From Candidatus Uhrbacteria bacterium (GTDB lineage Bacteria > Patescibacteriota > Patescibacteriia > UBA9934 > GWF2-40-263), in assembly GCA_016844925.1 (NCBI GenBank), contig JAERTI010000055.1, positions 65,459 to 129,458 on the forward strand: DNA of 64,000 nt. The letters run 5' to 3'. The notes beneath the pieces are model-generated. The model worked only from the letters and a program-made list of their open reading frames with translations, searched no databases and was not told the origin of the DNA. Positions 29,531 through 39,500 of the stretch are shown one piece after another (the stretch's first letter is position 1; the number at the start of each line of letters is the position of its first letter). The translations under genes and the position numbers were made by a program.

Positions 29531-30912
29531 ACGCGCTCCCCTTCCAAGAGCCAGGTATCGGCTCGTTTTATTTTGACGTCGACAATCTCTCCAACGAAAC
29601 TCTCGTCTCCGGGAAACCGTACCAACTTCATCTCACGAGAGTTGCCGTAACAAAAACCCGGCTGGGACGCCATCATCTCCTGAATCTTCTCTGGCATCTT
29701 GAGCATCTCATCCGTCACCTTCGGTCCCTCATGACGCTCTACGAGCACGGAAACGGTCTCTCCAACAAAGCGCTGATTCTTCCTGAGTGTCGTTTGCTCC
29801 ATGAGCTCCTGCATCACATTCCAACGACGCTTCTTCTCCTCGTGGCTCACATCATCTTTAAACGCTCGCCACGCCGCGGTACCAGACCGAACGCTGTAGC
29901 GCGCCGTGTACGAAATATCAAAATCGGCTTTCTTGTACAGCTCAACGGTTTTCTCAAACGCCTCATCGCTCTCTCCACAGAACCCCACAATCATATCTGT
30001 CGCAAGCGCGATGTCCGGCATCTTGCCGCGCAGCCGCTCCACCACTTCAAGAAACTGCTCCGCGGTGTAACGACGATTCATGCGACGCAGCACCTCATCA
30101 TCCCCCGCCTGCACAGGCAGGTGGATGTAGTTGAGATGGGCTGGAAGCGTCATGGCGTCTATCACCTCATCGGTCATGTGCAGCGGATGCGGCGCTGTGA
30201 ACTGGAGTCGAGAAATACCCTCGATCTGATTCACCTCCCATAGCAAAGAAGCAAAGTGGTCTTTGTAAGGATTCTCTGAATCGAACGACTCCGGATCCGG
30301 TGCAATATAACTATTCACGGTCTGCCCCAAGAGCGTCACCTCTACACAGCCATGGGCAGCCAAATCACGAATCTCCTCGAGAATATCTGCGACGGGACGA
30401 TTCTTCTCCAAGCCACGAGAAAACGGCACCACGCAGTAGCTACAAAATTTATTGCACCCCGTCTGAATAGAAACAAACGCTTGGCGCTTGGAGTGATACT
30501 CCGGCTTAAGCTTGAGATAGTCCTCGATCGTATCATCGCTGTTCACCAGCTCCGGTCGCAACTCCCCAAGCCAGCGTGGAAGCTGACCCATGTCTGCCGT
30601 CGGGAAGTAGAGATCTACAATCGGCAACTTTTTCTTAAACGCACGATCACGATCACGACCAGGCATACACCCCGTGATGCCGATGATGACATTTGGACTC
30701 TTCTCCTTGATTGGCTCAAGCTTTCGAATGAGTCCAAACACCCGATCCTCTGCGCTCTGTCGAACTGAACAAGTGTTGATCAAAATAACATCCGCCTTGT
30801 CACGATCGTCTGTCGACACTAAACCCACTCCCTGCAAGAGAGTCTCCATGCGTTCAGAATCATTTTTATTCATCTGACAACCAAAGGTTGTGAGGTGATA
30901 GGTTTGTTGCAT
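29527..30912 (-). CDS. miaB: tRNA-i6A37 methylthiotransferase MiaB (radical SAM)
   Basis: It has the radical SAM motif CNKFCSYCVVP and a TRAM domain. Confidence 0.9.
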   Translation of the reverse strand: MQQTYHLTTFGCQMNKNDSERMETLLQGVGLVSTDDRDKADVILINTCSVRQSAEDRVFGLIRKLEPIKEKSPNVIIGITGCMPGRDRDRAFKKKLPIVDLYFPTADMGQLPRWLGELRPELVNSDDTIEDYLKLKPEYHSKRQAFVSIQTGCNKFCSYCVVPFSRGLEKNRPVADILEEIRDLAAHGCVEVTLLGQTVNSYIAPDPESFDSENPYKDHFASLLWEVNQIEGISRLQFTAPHPLHMTDEVIDAMTLPAHLNYIHLPVQAGDDEVLRRMNRRYTAEQFLEVVERLRGKMPDIALATDMIVGFCGESDEAFEKTVELYKKADFDISYTARYSVRSGTAAWRAFKDDVSHEEKKRRWNVMQELMEQTTLRKNQRFVGETVSVLVERHEGPKVTDEMLKMPEKIQEMMASQPGFCYGNSREMKLVRFPGDESFVGEIVDVKIKRADTWLLEGERV

Positions 30913-30991
30913 ACGGCCAGGAGCGTAACAAAAACTCTTTTAATTGAAAAATCGACTGACGTCGTATCAGTCGATGCCGTGGCGACCAGCT

Positions 30992-31477
30992 CTAGCCGGT
31001 CGCGGCCGTGGGCGGAAGCTCCGCCTGGGTGGTGATCAGATGGACGAGCGCCCAGCGCATGGGGATGTTGCTCCAACGAGCACGTCCGGTTCGATCACGT
31101 GCCTCGAAGGTGACGCGAGCGAGGGCATGCAGCTGATGCGTGATCCACGCGGGGTTGTCGGCCGAAGCGATCGTGTTGTCGATGAAGGCCTTGGCCCTGC
31201 TCTTCCACGCTTCGACCGAACCATGCCGCCGGTACAGCGGATGGTCTTCCGCGAGCTTGTTCAGCCAGGTGTCCAGCTGCAGCTGCGTGAGGTCGTGTTC
31301 GTGGAGAAGCTCGTAGAGCACGTCTGCCTCGTCTTGGCAGAAGATGGCTCCGATGCCCGAGTGGGGCTTCCCCAGGGTGATGCGCTCGAGCGCCGCCCGG
31401 AGAATGGAATTCTCGATCGGGGGGCCTGGGCCCACCCTCTTGCCGTCACTTGCCACAAGTCTGAGCATTCGCTTCAT
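30992..31477 (-). CDS. High-GC ORFan protein (162 aa), start MKRMLRLV
   Basis: The minus-frame GC3 is high. RBS ggagg lies 8 nt upstream. The longer ORF start was rejected. Confidence 0.45.
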   Translation of the reverse strand: MKRMLRLVASDGKRVGPGPPIENSILRAALERITLGKPHSGIGAIFCQDEADVLYELLHEHDLTQLQLDTWLNKLAEDHPLYRRHGSVEAWKSRAKAFIDNTIASADNPAWITHQLHALARVTFEARDRTGRARWSNIPMRWALVHLITTQAELPPTAATG

Positions 31478-31518
31478 CTTTCGCCTCCGTGTTGGCCGCA
31501 GACCTTCCCAAAAAACCG

Positions 31519-31567
31519 ACGTTTTGTCAACATATCCATTGACAAAAGACGTTTTTTGCGCTATAAT
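31519..31567. promoter_or_regulatory. Divergent promoter region with inverted repeat ACGTTTTGTCAA-N8-TTGACAAAAGACGT, plus the plus-strand promoter TTGACA-N17-TATAAT
   Basis: The two -35 hexamers are related by a perfect 12-bp inverted repeat. The plus-strand promoter drives gene 31612. Confidence 0.5.
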
Positions 31568-31611
31568 TGAGCCATAATTCCCATGCTTAATAAACGTCAA
31601 AATTACAACCT

Positions 31612-32679
31612 ATGGGACTGTTTAAACGTTTCATGAATAAGGAGGGCGGATCACAGGAGGCTAAAGCTGAGACTCCTAAGCCAACAGAAGCTAAAGAGGT
31701 AAAAGCGGCTGATGTCGGCCGCGAACGTGTGAAGGCCATCAAAGATGGTGCTGAATCTCTTTGGAATCGATTTAAAAATGCCGCAGAGAGTGCGAAAGAC
31801 TCATTAGCAACAAAAGCTCGAAATACCCTTGATATGGCCATGGGTGGCCTGAAGAAGGGTGGTGAAATGGCTGTAGAAGGTGCTTTTACAGCTGTTGGAA
31901 AGGCTGAAATGGCTGCTGGAGCAGCTGTAGAAAAAGGGAAAGCAGCTGTTGAATATTCAGCTGAAACTGCCCGTGAGGGTTGGGAGCTTGGAAAGCTTGC
32001 TCTTGAAGCTGGAAAAGACGCCGCAACTCGTGCAAAAGAAGCTGCTATCGATGCTGCTTACACAGGCGCAGCTCTGGCAATCATGACCGGAGAGCGCGGA
32101 GCAGAAATGGCAAAAGCTCTTGCAAACCGTGGAATGGAGCTCGGATCTGAGGCGGCAAAGAAAACCGTCGAAGGAGCTGCAGCACTTAAAGAAATGGGGC
32201 TCGACGCCAAGGCGGCTGTTGAACGATACGGATCAGAAAAGATGGACCAGGCTGTTGCAGCTGCTGAAGCAGCAAAGCAGGCAGGTGTAGACTTTAAGAA
32301 TAAGGGTGTTGACCTCTTGATCGATGGAATCGTAGCAGCTGTTGAAGCTGGTATCTCCATGGAGGAGGCTGTTGAAAAGGCAAAATCTGATACCGCTCAG
32401 AAATCTGCAGAGATTATGGGATCTGCTCGTGAGGCCATTGACGGACTCAAGGCAGCTGCCCGTGAAAAGCGTGACAACTTCTTCGGACGTGTTTCCGCTG
32501 GACGCGACAGCTTCTTTAAGAAGATGAAGGGCATGGTCCTCGAGGCACTTCGCCCTGAGATTGACCAGTTGATCCAGGACAAGGCACAGCAACTGCTTGC
32601 AGACCGCGAGAAACTCGCTGATGCGGATATTGAGTACGAGGATGCAGGAGAGGAGGATGCTGAGGTTGTCTCAGCTTAA
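31612..32679 (+). CDS. Ala/Lys/Glu-rich repeat protein (LEA/apolipoprotein-like amphipathic helices)
   Basis: 355 aa. The repeats are of the form AAxEKGKAAVE. No TM helix is predicted. Confidence 0.5.
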   Translation: MGLFKRFMNKEGGSQEAKAETPKPTEAKEVKAADVGRERVKAIKDGAESLWNRFKNAAESAKDSLATKARNTLDMAMGGLKKGGEMAVEGAFTAVGKAEMAAGAAVEKGKAAVEYSAETAREGWELGKLALEAGKDAATRAKEAAIDAAYTGAALAIMTGERGAEMAKALANRGMELGSEAAKKTVEGAAALKEMGLDAKAAVERYGSEKMDQAVAAAEAAKQAGVDFKNKGVDLLIDGIVAAVEAGISMEEAVEKAKSDTAQKSAEIMGSAREAIDGLKAAAREKRDNFFGRVSAGRDSFFKKMKGMVLEALRPEIDQLIQDKAQQLLADREKLADADIEYEDAGEEDAEVVSA

Positions 32680-32707
32680 CCATAAATTTTCATAACAATA
32701 TCCCACT

Positions 32708-33067
32708 ATGACACGTGAAGAAATTGCCAAGCTCGTTGAGGGATCAGCGCTCTCTGAAGAGAAGAAGCGCGAACTCTTGAACGCCATGATTGACAAAGGC
32801 CTCACTCGAGAGGTTGTCGACATGATTAAAGAAGCGCTCGATGATGAAGTCATCGCTACCATGAAGGAAGCCGGTGCCGACATCACTGAATCAGCTGAGT
32901 TTAAGGAAGCTGAGAAGGAATTCGTTGCTGAAGTAGAGGCCGCTAGCCAGGAGCTCGAAGAGGGCATGGCTGAGGTCCAGAGCGAAATTAAGCAGGTCCA
33001 GCAGGACGCTGCTAAGCAGCTCGAGGAAGTACAGGCTGAAATCATCAAAGAAAAGATTGCTGAGTAA
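32708..33067 (+). CDS. Acidic helical hypothetical protein
   Basis: 119 aa. It is followed by the terminator ccagggcc-aa-ggccctgg plus T-run. Confidence 0.45.
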   Translation: MTREEIAKLVEGSALSEEKKRELLNAMIDKGLTREVVDMIKEALDDEVIATMKEAGADITESAEFKEAEKEFVAEVEAASQELEEGMAEVQSEIKQVQQDAAKQLEEVQAEIIKEKIAE

Positions 33068-33069
33068 GC

Positions 33070-33102
33070 ATTTAAAAACCAGGGCCAAGGCCCTGGTTTT
33101 TT
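33070..33102. terminator. Bidirectional terminator ccagggccaaggccctgg with flanking A/T runs
   Basis: It is a perfect 8-bp stem. Confidence 0.65.
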
Positions 33103-33120
33103 GTTTACTTGATTCTGTTA

Positions 33121-34920
33121 TTACATCGGGAACTTGGAATCAGCGGCTGCGCGTGCAGCGAGCTCACCTGCAGGAATTACCAAGTCTTCCTCCTGCCCGA
33201 AGACGTTCACCTTGAAGTCTCCCCCCTCGGCCTCCTTGCCGCCGATCACGATGGTCCACGGGATCTTTTCCATGGCCGCATTGCGAATCTTCTTACCAAG
33301 CCGCTCATCAGAATCGTCCAACTCTGCACGAACGCCAGCTTCCACAAGCTCAGCCTGTATGCGAGACGCGGCTTCAACCTGTTCTTGAGAAACTGTCGCA
33401 AGCCGTACTTGCACTGGTGCGAGCCAGAATGGGAACACGCCGGCTGTGTGCTCAATGTAGTTCGACAGGAATCGCTCCAGAGAACCCATAATCGCCGCGT
33501 GGATCATCACAATGCGCTCTGGGCTTCCCTCTTCGTTAATACAGGTCAGATCAAATCGCTCTGGCATGTTCATGTCGAGCTGGATAGTCGCCACCTGCCA
33601 CTCGCGCCCAAGAGAATCTTTGGTCACGAAATCAATCTTTGGTCCGTAGAAAGCTGCCTCTCCTGGCTCTTCCACCGCTTCGACACCACGCGCCTTTGCC
33701 AGGTCGCGCAGTGCATCCTCTGACTGTTGCCATGTCTCAGGCGTACCCAAGTACTTTTCCGGATGCTCTGGATCGTGGAAAGAGAGGCGCACGGCCAACT
33801 CCCCAAACCCACAGCCCTTATAGAAGGTCTCGATAATGTCCCAAATCTTCAACATCTCTTCCTTCACCTGACCCTGGCGACAGAACACGTGCGCATCATC
33901 CTGTGTGATCGAGCGCACGCGTGAGAGCCCATGGAGCTCTCCTGTCTGCTCATCGCGATACACCATTGTGGTGTTGGCAAACCGTTGCGGCATGTCTCGG
34001 TAGCTGTGCATCTTTCGATCGAAAATCTGCGTGTGATGCGGACAGTTCATCGGCTTCATGGCAAATACATGCCCCTCACGAGTCTCCACCTTAAACAAAT
34101 CATCCTTAAACTTCTCCCAATGCCCGGAGGTCTCGTAAAGATCTTTCTTGGTGATATGAGGGATCTCCACGCGCTTGTACCCTCGCACACTACGCAACGC
34201 CCACACAAAATCATCAAGCTTCTGACGCAAGAACGCCCCCTTAGGCGTCCACAGAGGAAGTCCGGGACCAACAAGTTCGGAAAAGACAAAGAGGTCCAAT
34301 TCCTTTCCAAGCTTTCGATGGTCTCGCTTCTTCGCTTCCTCAAGCATGTGTATGTACGCATCAAGCTCCTCCTGCGTCTCAAAACACAAGCCATAGACTC
34401 GCTGCAACTGCGCATTCTCCTCGTTTCCTCGCCAATACGCCCCAGCAAGCTTCCAAAGTTTGAAGGCACCGATGCCCTTTACGTTCTCGATGTGAGGTCC
34501 GCGACACAGATCAACGAACTCACCCGTCTTGTACACAGACGCACGATCAGGATTATCCACATCGATATCCTGTGCCTCATCAGGGTTCATCTTTGTTGTC
34601 CCCTTCTCTTTCAGATCCTTGAGAAGCTCAACTTTAAACTCCTGTCCCTTGTCGGCAAAGAACGCGATCGCTTCATCAATGCTCATTTCCTCACGCTCCA
34701 TGGCGTGAGCCTCAGCAATGATCCGACGCATAGTCTTCTCGAGCTTGGCTAGATTCGCCTCAGAGATTGGCTCTGGAAAGGCGATGTCGTAAAAGAACCC
34801 GTTGTCGATCACAGGACCGACACCGAGCTTCACACCTGGATACAGGCGCTCAGCCGCCGCCGCGAGAACGTGGGCTGCTGTATGCCGCATGGCATGTAGA
34901 TGATCGTTGGACATAATCAT
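33121..34920 (-). CDS. thrS: Threonyl-tRNA synthetase (lacking the N-terminal TGS domain)
   Basis: Class II motifs and the editing-domain histidines (HTAAHVLAAA) are present. The start was reassigned to MIMSNDHLH, downstream of the leader terminator. Confidence 0.9.
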   Translation of the reverse strand: MIMSNDHLHAMRHTAAHVLAAAAERLYPGVKLGVGPVIDNGFFYDIAFPEPISEANLAKLEKTMRRIIAEAHAMEREEMSIDEAIAFFADKGQEFKVELLKDLKEKGTTKMNPDEAQDIDVDNPDRASVYKTGEFVDLCRGPHIENVKGIGAFKLWKLAGAYWRGNEENAQLQRVYGLCFETQEELDAYIHMLEEAKKRDHRKLGKELDLFVFSELVGPGLPLWTPKGAFLRQKLDDFVWALRSVRGYKRVEIPHITKKDLYETSGHWEKFKDDLFKVETREGHVFAMKPMNCPHHTQIFDRKMHSYRDMPQRFANTTMVYRDEQTGELHGLSRVRSITQDDAHVFCRQGQVKEEMLKIWDIIETFYKGCGFGELAVRLSFHDPEHPEKYLGTPETWQQSEDALRDLAKARGVEAVEEPGEAAFYGPKIDFVTKDSLGREWQVATIQLDMNMPERFDLTCINEEGSPERIVMIHAAIMGSLERFLSNYIEHTAGVFPFWLAPVQVRLATVSQEQVEAASRIQAELVEAGVRAELDDSDERLGKKIRNAAMEKIPWTIVIGGKEAEGGDFKVNVFGQEEDLVIPAGELAARAAADSKFPM

Positions 34921-35245
34921 GGTTATGAAACAAAAAACTTCACTTGCGTGAAGCACCGGGACCCGACCTAAGCCGGATGGTTCCACCCGATTTACTAACC
35001 TGTCTTTCTCAACAGGACAGCACTCAATTCATGATCCGATTCCCCGGATCCAGGACGCTCCAGAAGTGGTATTGATCGATGTTCTTCCTAGAAAGACTCT
35101 CAGTCATGGTCTTTCCTCCCTGAAGGCAACGCTTCGATCAACATGTCTTCTCTCACTGCGATAGACAAACGGTAAACCTGATACGCTCGCGCGTCAAGTC
35201 GCCCCAGAAAACAAAACAGACCACTTTACGTGGTCTGTTTTCACT
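34921..35245 (-). promoter_or_regulatory. Putative T-box riboswitch leader of thrS
   Basis: The minus strand reads AAAUCGGGUGGAACCAUCCGG, compared with the T-box consensus AAUUAGGGUGGUACCGCGG. It is followed by the terminator hairpin cuucac-gcaa-gugaag plus U6, immediately before the thrS ATG. Confidence 0.5.
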
Positions 35246-36532
35246 CTATCGAATATCGATATAAATATGATCCTTCAGTCGAGGTACGGTATCTACCCAG
35301 AATGGAAAGAATTCCACACTCACATCCGTTGCAACCCCTTCCCCAACAAGTAGATCCTCCACTTCCTGCGCGCTCATCCCAACAAATCGTCCAACACGGA
35401 GCGCCTCACTTGTCTGGGACGTGATCGTCTGCGCCTCGAGGGTCACGAGCACGTTTGCTTCTTGCTCCTCTACATCATAGGCCTCAACACGCACCTCCAT
35501 ACCCTCTCGATCGATGCGGATAAACTCCTGCCCTTGTCCAAGCCCTTCGTAGAGCTTTGCCTCGGCAATGCCTGCAAGCGCCTGCTCATCGTAGTACACC
35601 GCGCTCACTGTCACCGTCATCGTTACATCAAACGCCGCAGCCTCTGTGTCTGCCTCGATACTAAACACTTGCTCATCCACACTCACCTCGTACGATTCTC
35701 CAGCAAGGTCATCACCCACCTCAGCTCTCAGCATGGCCTTAGCATCTGTTACAAGCTCATCCTGCAACTCCTGAGCAGCCGCATCAAGTTCTAACTGACC
35801 CACAACGGCAACGGTTGTAACACCGCCCGTAAATGCCTCGCCACTGGTTGCGTACACCAATTCCTGACGTGACGCTGATAGCCCAGGAATAGTGAACGTC
35901 GTTGGAGCGACATCTCCCGCTCCTCCTGGCTGATCAGCGTTCACAACCGCATCAATCGTTCCACCTGCAGGTACCGTTACCCCGTCCTCTAGTCGGAACA
36001 ATACTCCCTCTGGTGAAAGTAATCGTGTAGTCGCGACCAGCTGCTGAGCAAATGACATCTCGTTATGCAATGTCACTGTTCCCGTGGCCACTCCCTCAAT
36101 ATCTGTCGTTGATTCACCTGTTGGCTCAAACGTCTGTGTGCGTCCCAACGTCCCTGACTTCACCGTTCCTCCAACATCTGTTTCCAGCACAGGTACTTCA
36201 TACACATTTGCGACAAATTGTGCCTTCAGTGGCGTCTCCGTTGAATCAACATGAATCACAGCCGAAACCGTTGCCAGATACAAGACGGCCATGAGGGCCG
36301 TTGCCACGACAAAAATAAACGTCATGGCGATACGTCTGTAGATGATCAGTGGCACAGCACCAGGTCGATGGATATCCACCTCCTGCTCCTCCACCTCTTT
36401 AACAACCACCTTCTTCTTTACCGGAGCTTTCTTTTTAGGTGTTGTTTTTTTCTTTGCGGGCGCCTTCTTCTTCGCTGTCGTAGATTTTTTTACGGGCACG
36501 CGCTTTTTTGATGTGCTCTTTTTTTCAGCCAT
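35246..36532 (-). CDS. Membrane-anchored protein with Lys-rich histone-H1-like N-terminal tail and extracytoplasmic beta-rich domain
   Basis: The tail MAEKKSTSKKRVPVKKSTTAKKKAPAKKKTTPKKKAPVKKK is followed by a single TM helix. Confidence 0.5.
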   Translation of the reverse strand: MAEKKSTSKKRVPVKKSTTAKKKAPAKKKTTPKKKAPVKKKVVVKEVEEQEVDIHRPGAVPLIIYRRIAMTFIFVVATALMAVLYLATVSAVIHVDSTETPLKAQFVANVYEVPVLETDVGGTVKSGTLGRTQTFEPTGESTTDIEGVATGTVTLHNEMSFAQQLVATTRLLSPEGVLFRLEDGVTVPAGGTIDAVVNADQPGGAGDVAPTTFTIPGLSASRQELVYATSGEAFTGGVTTVAVVGQLELDAAAQELQDELVTDAKAMLRAEVGDDLAGESYEVSVDEQVFSIEADTEAAAFDVTMTVTVSAVYYDEQALAGIAEAKLYEGLGQGQEFIRIDREGMEVRVEAYDVEEQEANVLVTLEAQTITSQTSEALRVGRFVGMSAQEVEDLLVGEGVATDVSVEFFPFWVDTVPRLKDHIYIDIR

Positions 36533-36554
36533 ACTGCGTACAGTATACCAAAAC

Positions 36555-39500
36555 TTACTCAACTGAGACATTCTGTGCCCCGACAAGCTCGGCGATGGCA
36601 CTCACAATACGGTCAGATGTCGCTACAGAATAATCCGTCTGAATCTTACGCATCCGTCCACCAGACTCCACCATTAAGCACACAGGCTTGGGACCTGGAG
36701 CAGACGTAAGTATCTCCCGAAGCTGTTCAACCATATCCTGCGTCGGCTTCCCTTTGAGCGAAATAGAAAGCATGCCGCGTTTCACCACCTCCAGAGGTGG
36801 TGATTGATCTTGCCTATTCTGCTCGATTGATCGGCGCATATCAGAACTCACCCACTGTCCTCGCTTAATCATCTGCGCTGTATTGGGAAGACTATCCTCA
36901 TCGACAGTGACAAAACTATTGGCCAGCAACTTCGCTTCTTCTCCCTCTCGAATAGACACCTTTGCAGAAACAAGCACGATCGTATCCTCGACAAGCACAT
37001 CTGACACCGTCTTATAGGTACGCGGAAACACAATCACCTCCGTCCGACCACTTAGATCCTCGAGGGTCACAAATGCCATGGGATCCCCCTTCTTTGTAAT
37101 AATCTGCTTCACGCTTGAAATAATCCCCCCGCTCCGGACGAACTCCCCATCCTTACAATCAACAACCTTCGCGCAATCTAGTAACGCTTCACCAAACGCT
37201 TCCTTAAACGGTTCATACGGGTGAGCACTGACATACAGTCCAAGCAACTCCTTCTCCCATGTTAAAAGCTCACGCATCGACGCCGGCTCTGAATCGCGCA
37301 AGGCAATCCCCCGATCCATCACCGCTGGTGCAGCAGCAAACAAACTCTGTTGATTTGTGGCTTTTTCTTTTTGAATGTTCTTGTTGTGCATCAGAATGCG
37401 GTCGATATTGTCGAGCAACTGCTTTCGCTCTCCAAACCGATCCAAGGCACCAGCCTTAATAAGCGCCTCAAGAGACTTCTTGTTGAATGCTCGATGTGAA
37501 ACCCGCCCAGCAAAATCTGACAAGTCTTTAAACTCGCCATGCTCCTTACGCTCGGCAATAATTGCCTCGATAACCTCCTCTCCCAAGTTCTTAATCACCA
37601 AAAGACCAAAGCGAACCTGTTCATCCGTAATGTAGGTAAAGTCCTTAAGTGATTCGTTGATGTCCGGTGGAAGCACCTCGATCCCCATGCGCCCACACTC
37701 CTCCACCGCAAAGGCAATCTTATCCAAGTCCGCCGCCTCCGCGGTCATAAGCGCCGTCATGTACTCAGCCGGATAGTTCGCCTTCATGTACGCCGTCTGA
37801 TACGCAACCATTCCATAAGAAGCCGCGTGCGACTTGTTAAAGGCGTACATCGCAAACGGTTTGATGCGCTCCCATAAATCCTTTGCCAAAGACTTTGGAA
37901 TATTGTTGGCGACACAACCGTCCTTAAACTTCTTCTCCTGCTCAAGCATCAGCTCTGGAATTTTCTTTCCCATGGCTTTGCGGAACTTATCCGCATCCAG
38001 CCAGCTGTAACCTGCCAGTTTAATGGCGGTAAGCATCACGTCATCTTGATAAATGAGCAGTCCAAGGGATGCCTCAAGAATATCCTTCAGGTTCTCATGA
38101 GGGTAATCAATGCGCGAATGATCGTGCTTACGCTTAATGTACTCGGGGATAAACTCGATCGGGCCGGGACGATACAGGGCCACCATAGCCATGATGTCCT
38201 CGATACGCGTCGGCTCCAGCTCCATCAGGTACTTCGTCATTCCATCGGAAGACAACTGAAACACTCCCATGGTCTGCCCCTTGGCCAGCAGATCAAACGT
38301 CTTGGGATCATCAATGGGAATCTGTTCGATGTCGATGTCATCCCCCTTGGTATTGCGCACCAGACGAATCGCATCTCCAAGAATCGAAAGGTTACGGATT
38401 CCCAAGAAGTCCATCTTCACCAACCCAGCCGCCTCCACCGAGTGCATTTCGTACTGCGTGATGATCTTACCCTCGCGCGTATCAATCTGCAGCGGTGTGA
38501 AATCCGTGAGGTCTGTTGGAGAAATAACGGTCCCCGCCGCGTGAATCGAAACATGCCGGGCACACCCTTCGATCTGCTGTGCGAGTTCAATGATCCGACG
38601 TGTATTGGCGTCGATGTCGTATTTCTTTTTCAAATCCGGTGACTCACGCAAAGCCTTCTCCAAGGTCATGGGCATCCCCTGCGCCCCCATAGGAACCATC
38701 TTAGCGATCTCATCAATCACGCCATACTCAAACCCAAGCGCCCGCCCTACATCACGAAGACTTCCGCGCGCGAGCATTTTTCCAAATGTACAAATCTGCG
38801 CCACCTTCTCATAGCCGTATTTCTGACGCACGTAATCAAGCACCTCATCGCGACGGTTATCAGCAAAGTCGGCATCCACATCAGGAGCCGATGGACGCTG
38901 CGGGTTCAAGAAGCGTTCAAACGGAAGCAGGTAGCGAAGTGGATCGATGGATGAGATCCCGATCGAGAATCCCACCAGAGAACCAGCAGCAGACCCACGC
39001 GTCGTCGTCATGATGCCGTTCTCACGCGCCCAAGAAATAAAGTCAGACACGATCAAAAAGTACGGACAGAACCCCTTCTGCTCAATAATATCGAGCTCAT
39101 AGTTCAAACGCTCGACCTCCTCCTCAGTCAACTCACGCCCCCCACGCTTGACCTTAAGCTTACGGAACGCACGCTCGGTGAGCACAGAAAGGAACGTCTC
39201 CCCCTTAGGGATCTCAAACTTTGGGAAGTTCCACTCCCCCAACGTAATCTCAACGTTACACCGATCCGCAATCTTCACCGTATTCTCGATCGCTTCAGGT
39301 ACATCCTTAAAGCGCTCCATCATGTACTCACTGCTCACCACCGACGCGTCGTACTCCATCTGATTCACGCGATCGAAGTGCTCAAGCGTCTTCCCTCCCT
39401 TAATACAATTCAAAATCTTCCACGCCTCCACGTCCTGCGGCTTGAGATAAAACGTATTCTTCGTTGCCACCAATGGCACTCCCAACTCTTTACTGAACGC

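Noticed and set aside
33121-34986. Annotated ORF start of thrS at 34986 (MEPSGLG...)
   Set aside because: That extension would read through the leader terminator and T-box region. The conserved protein begins at MIMSNDHLH (34920).
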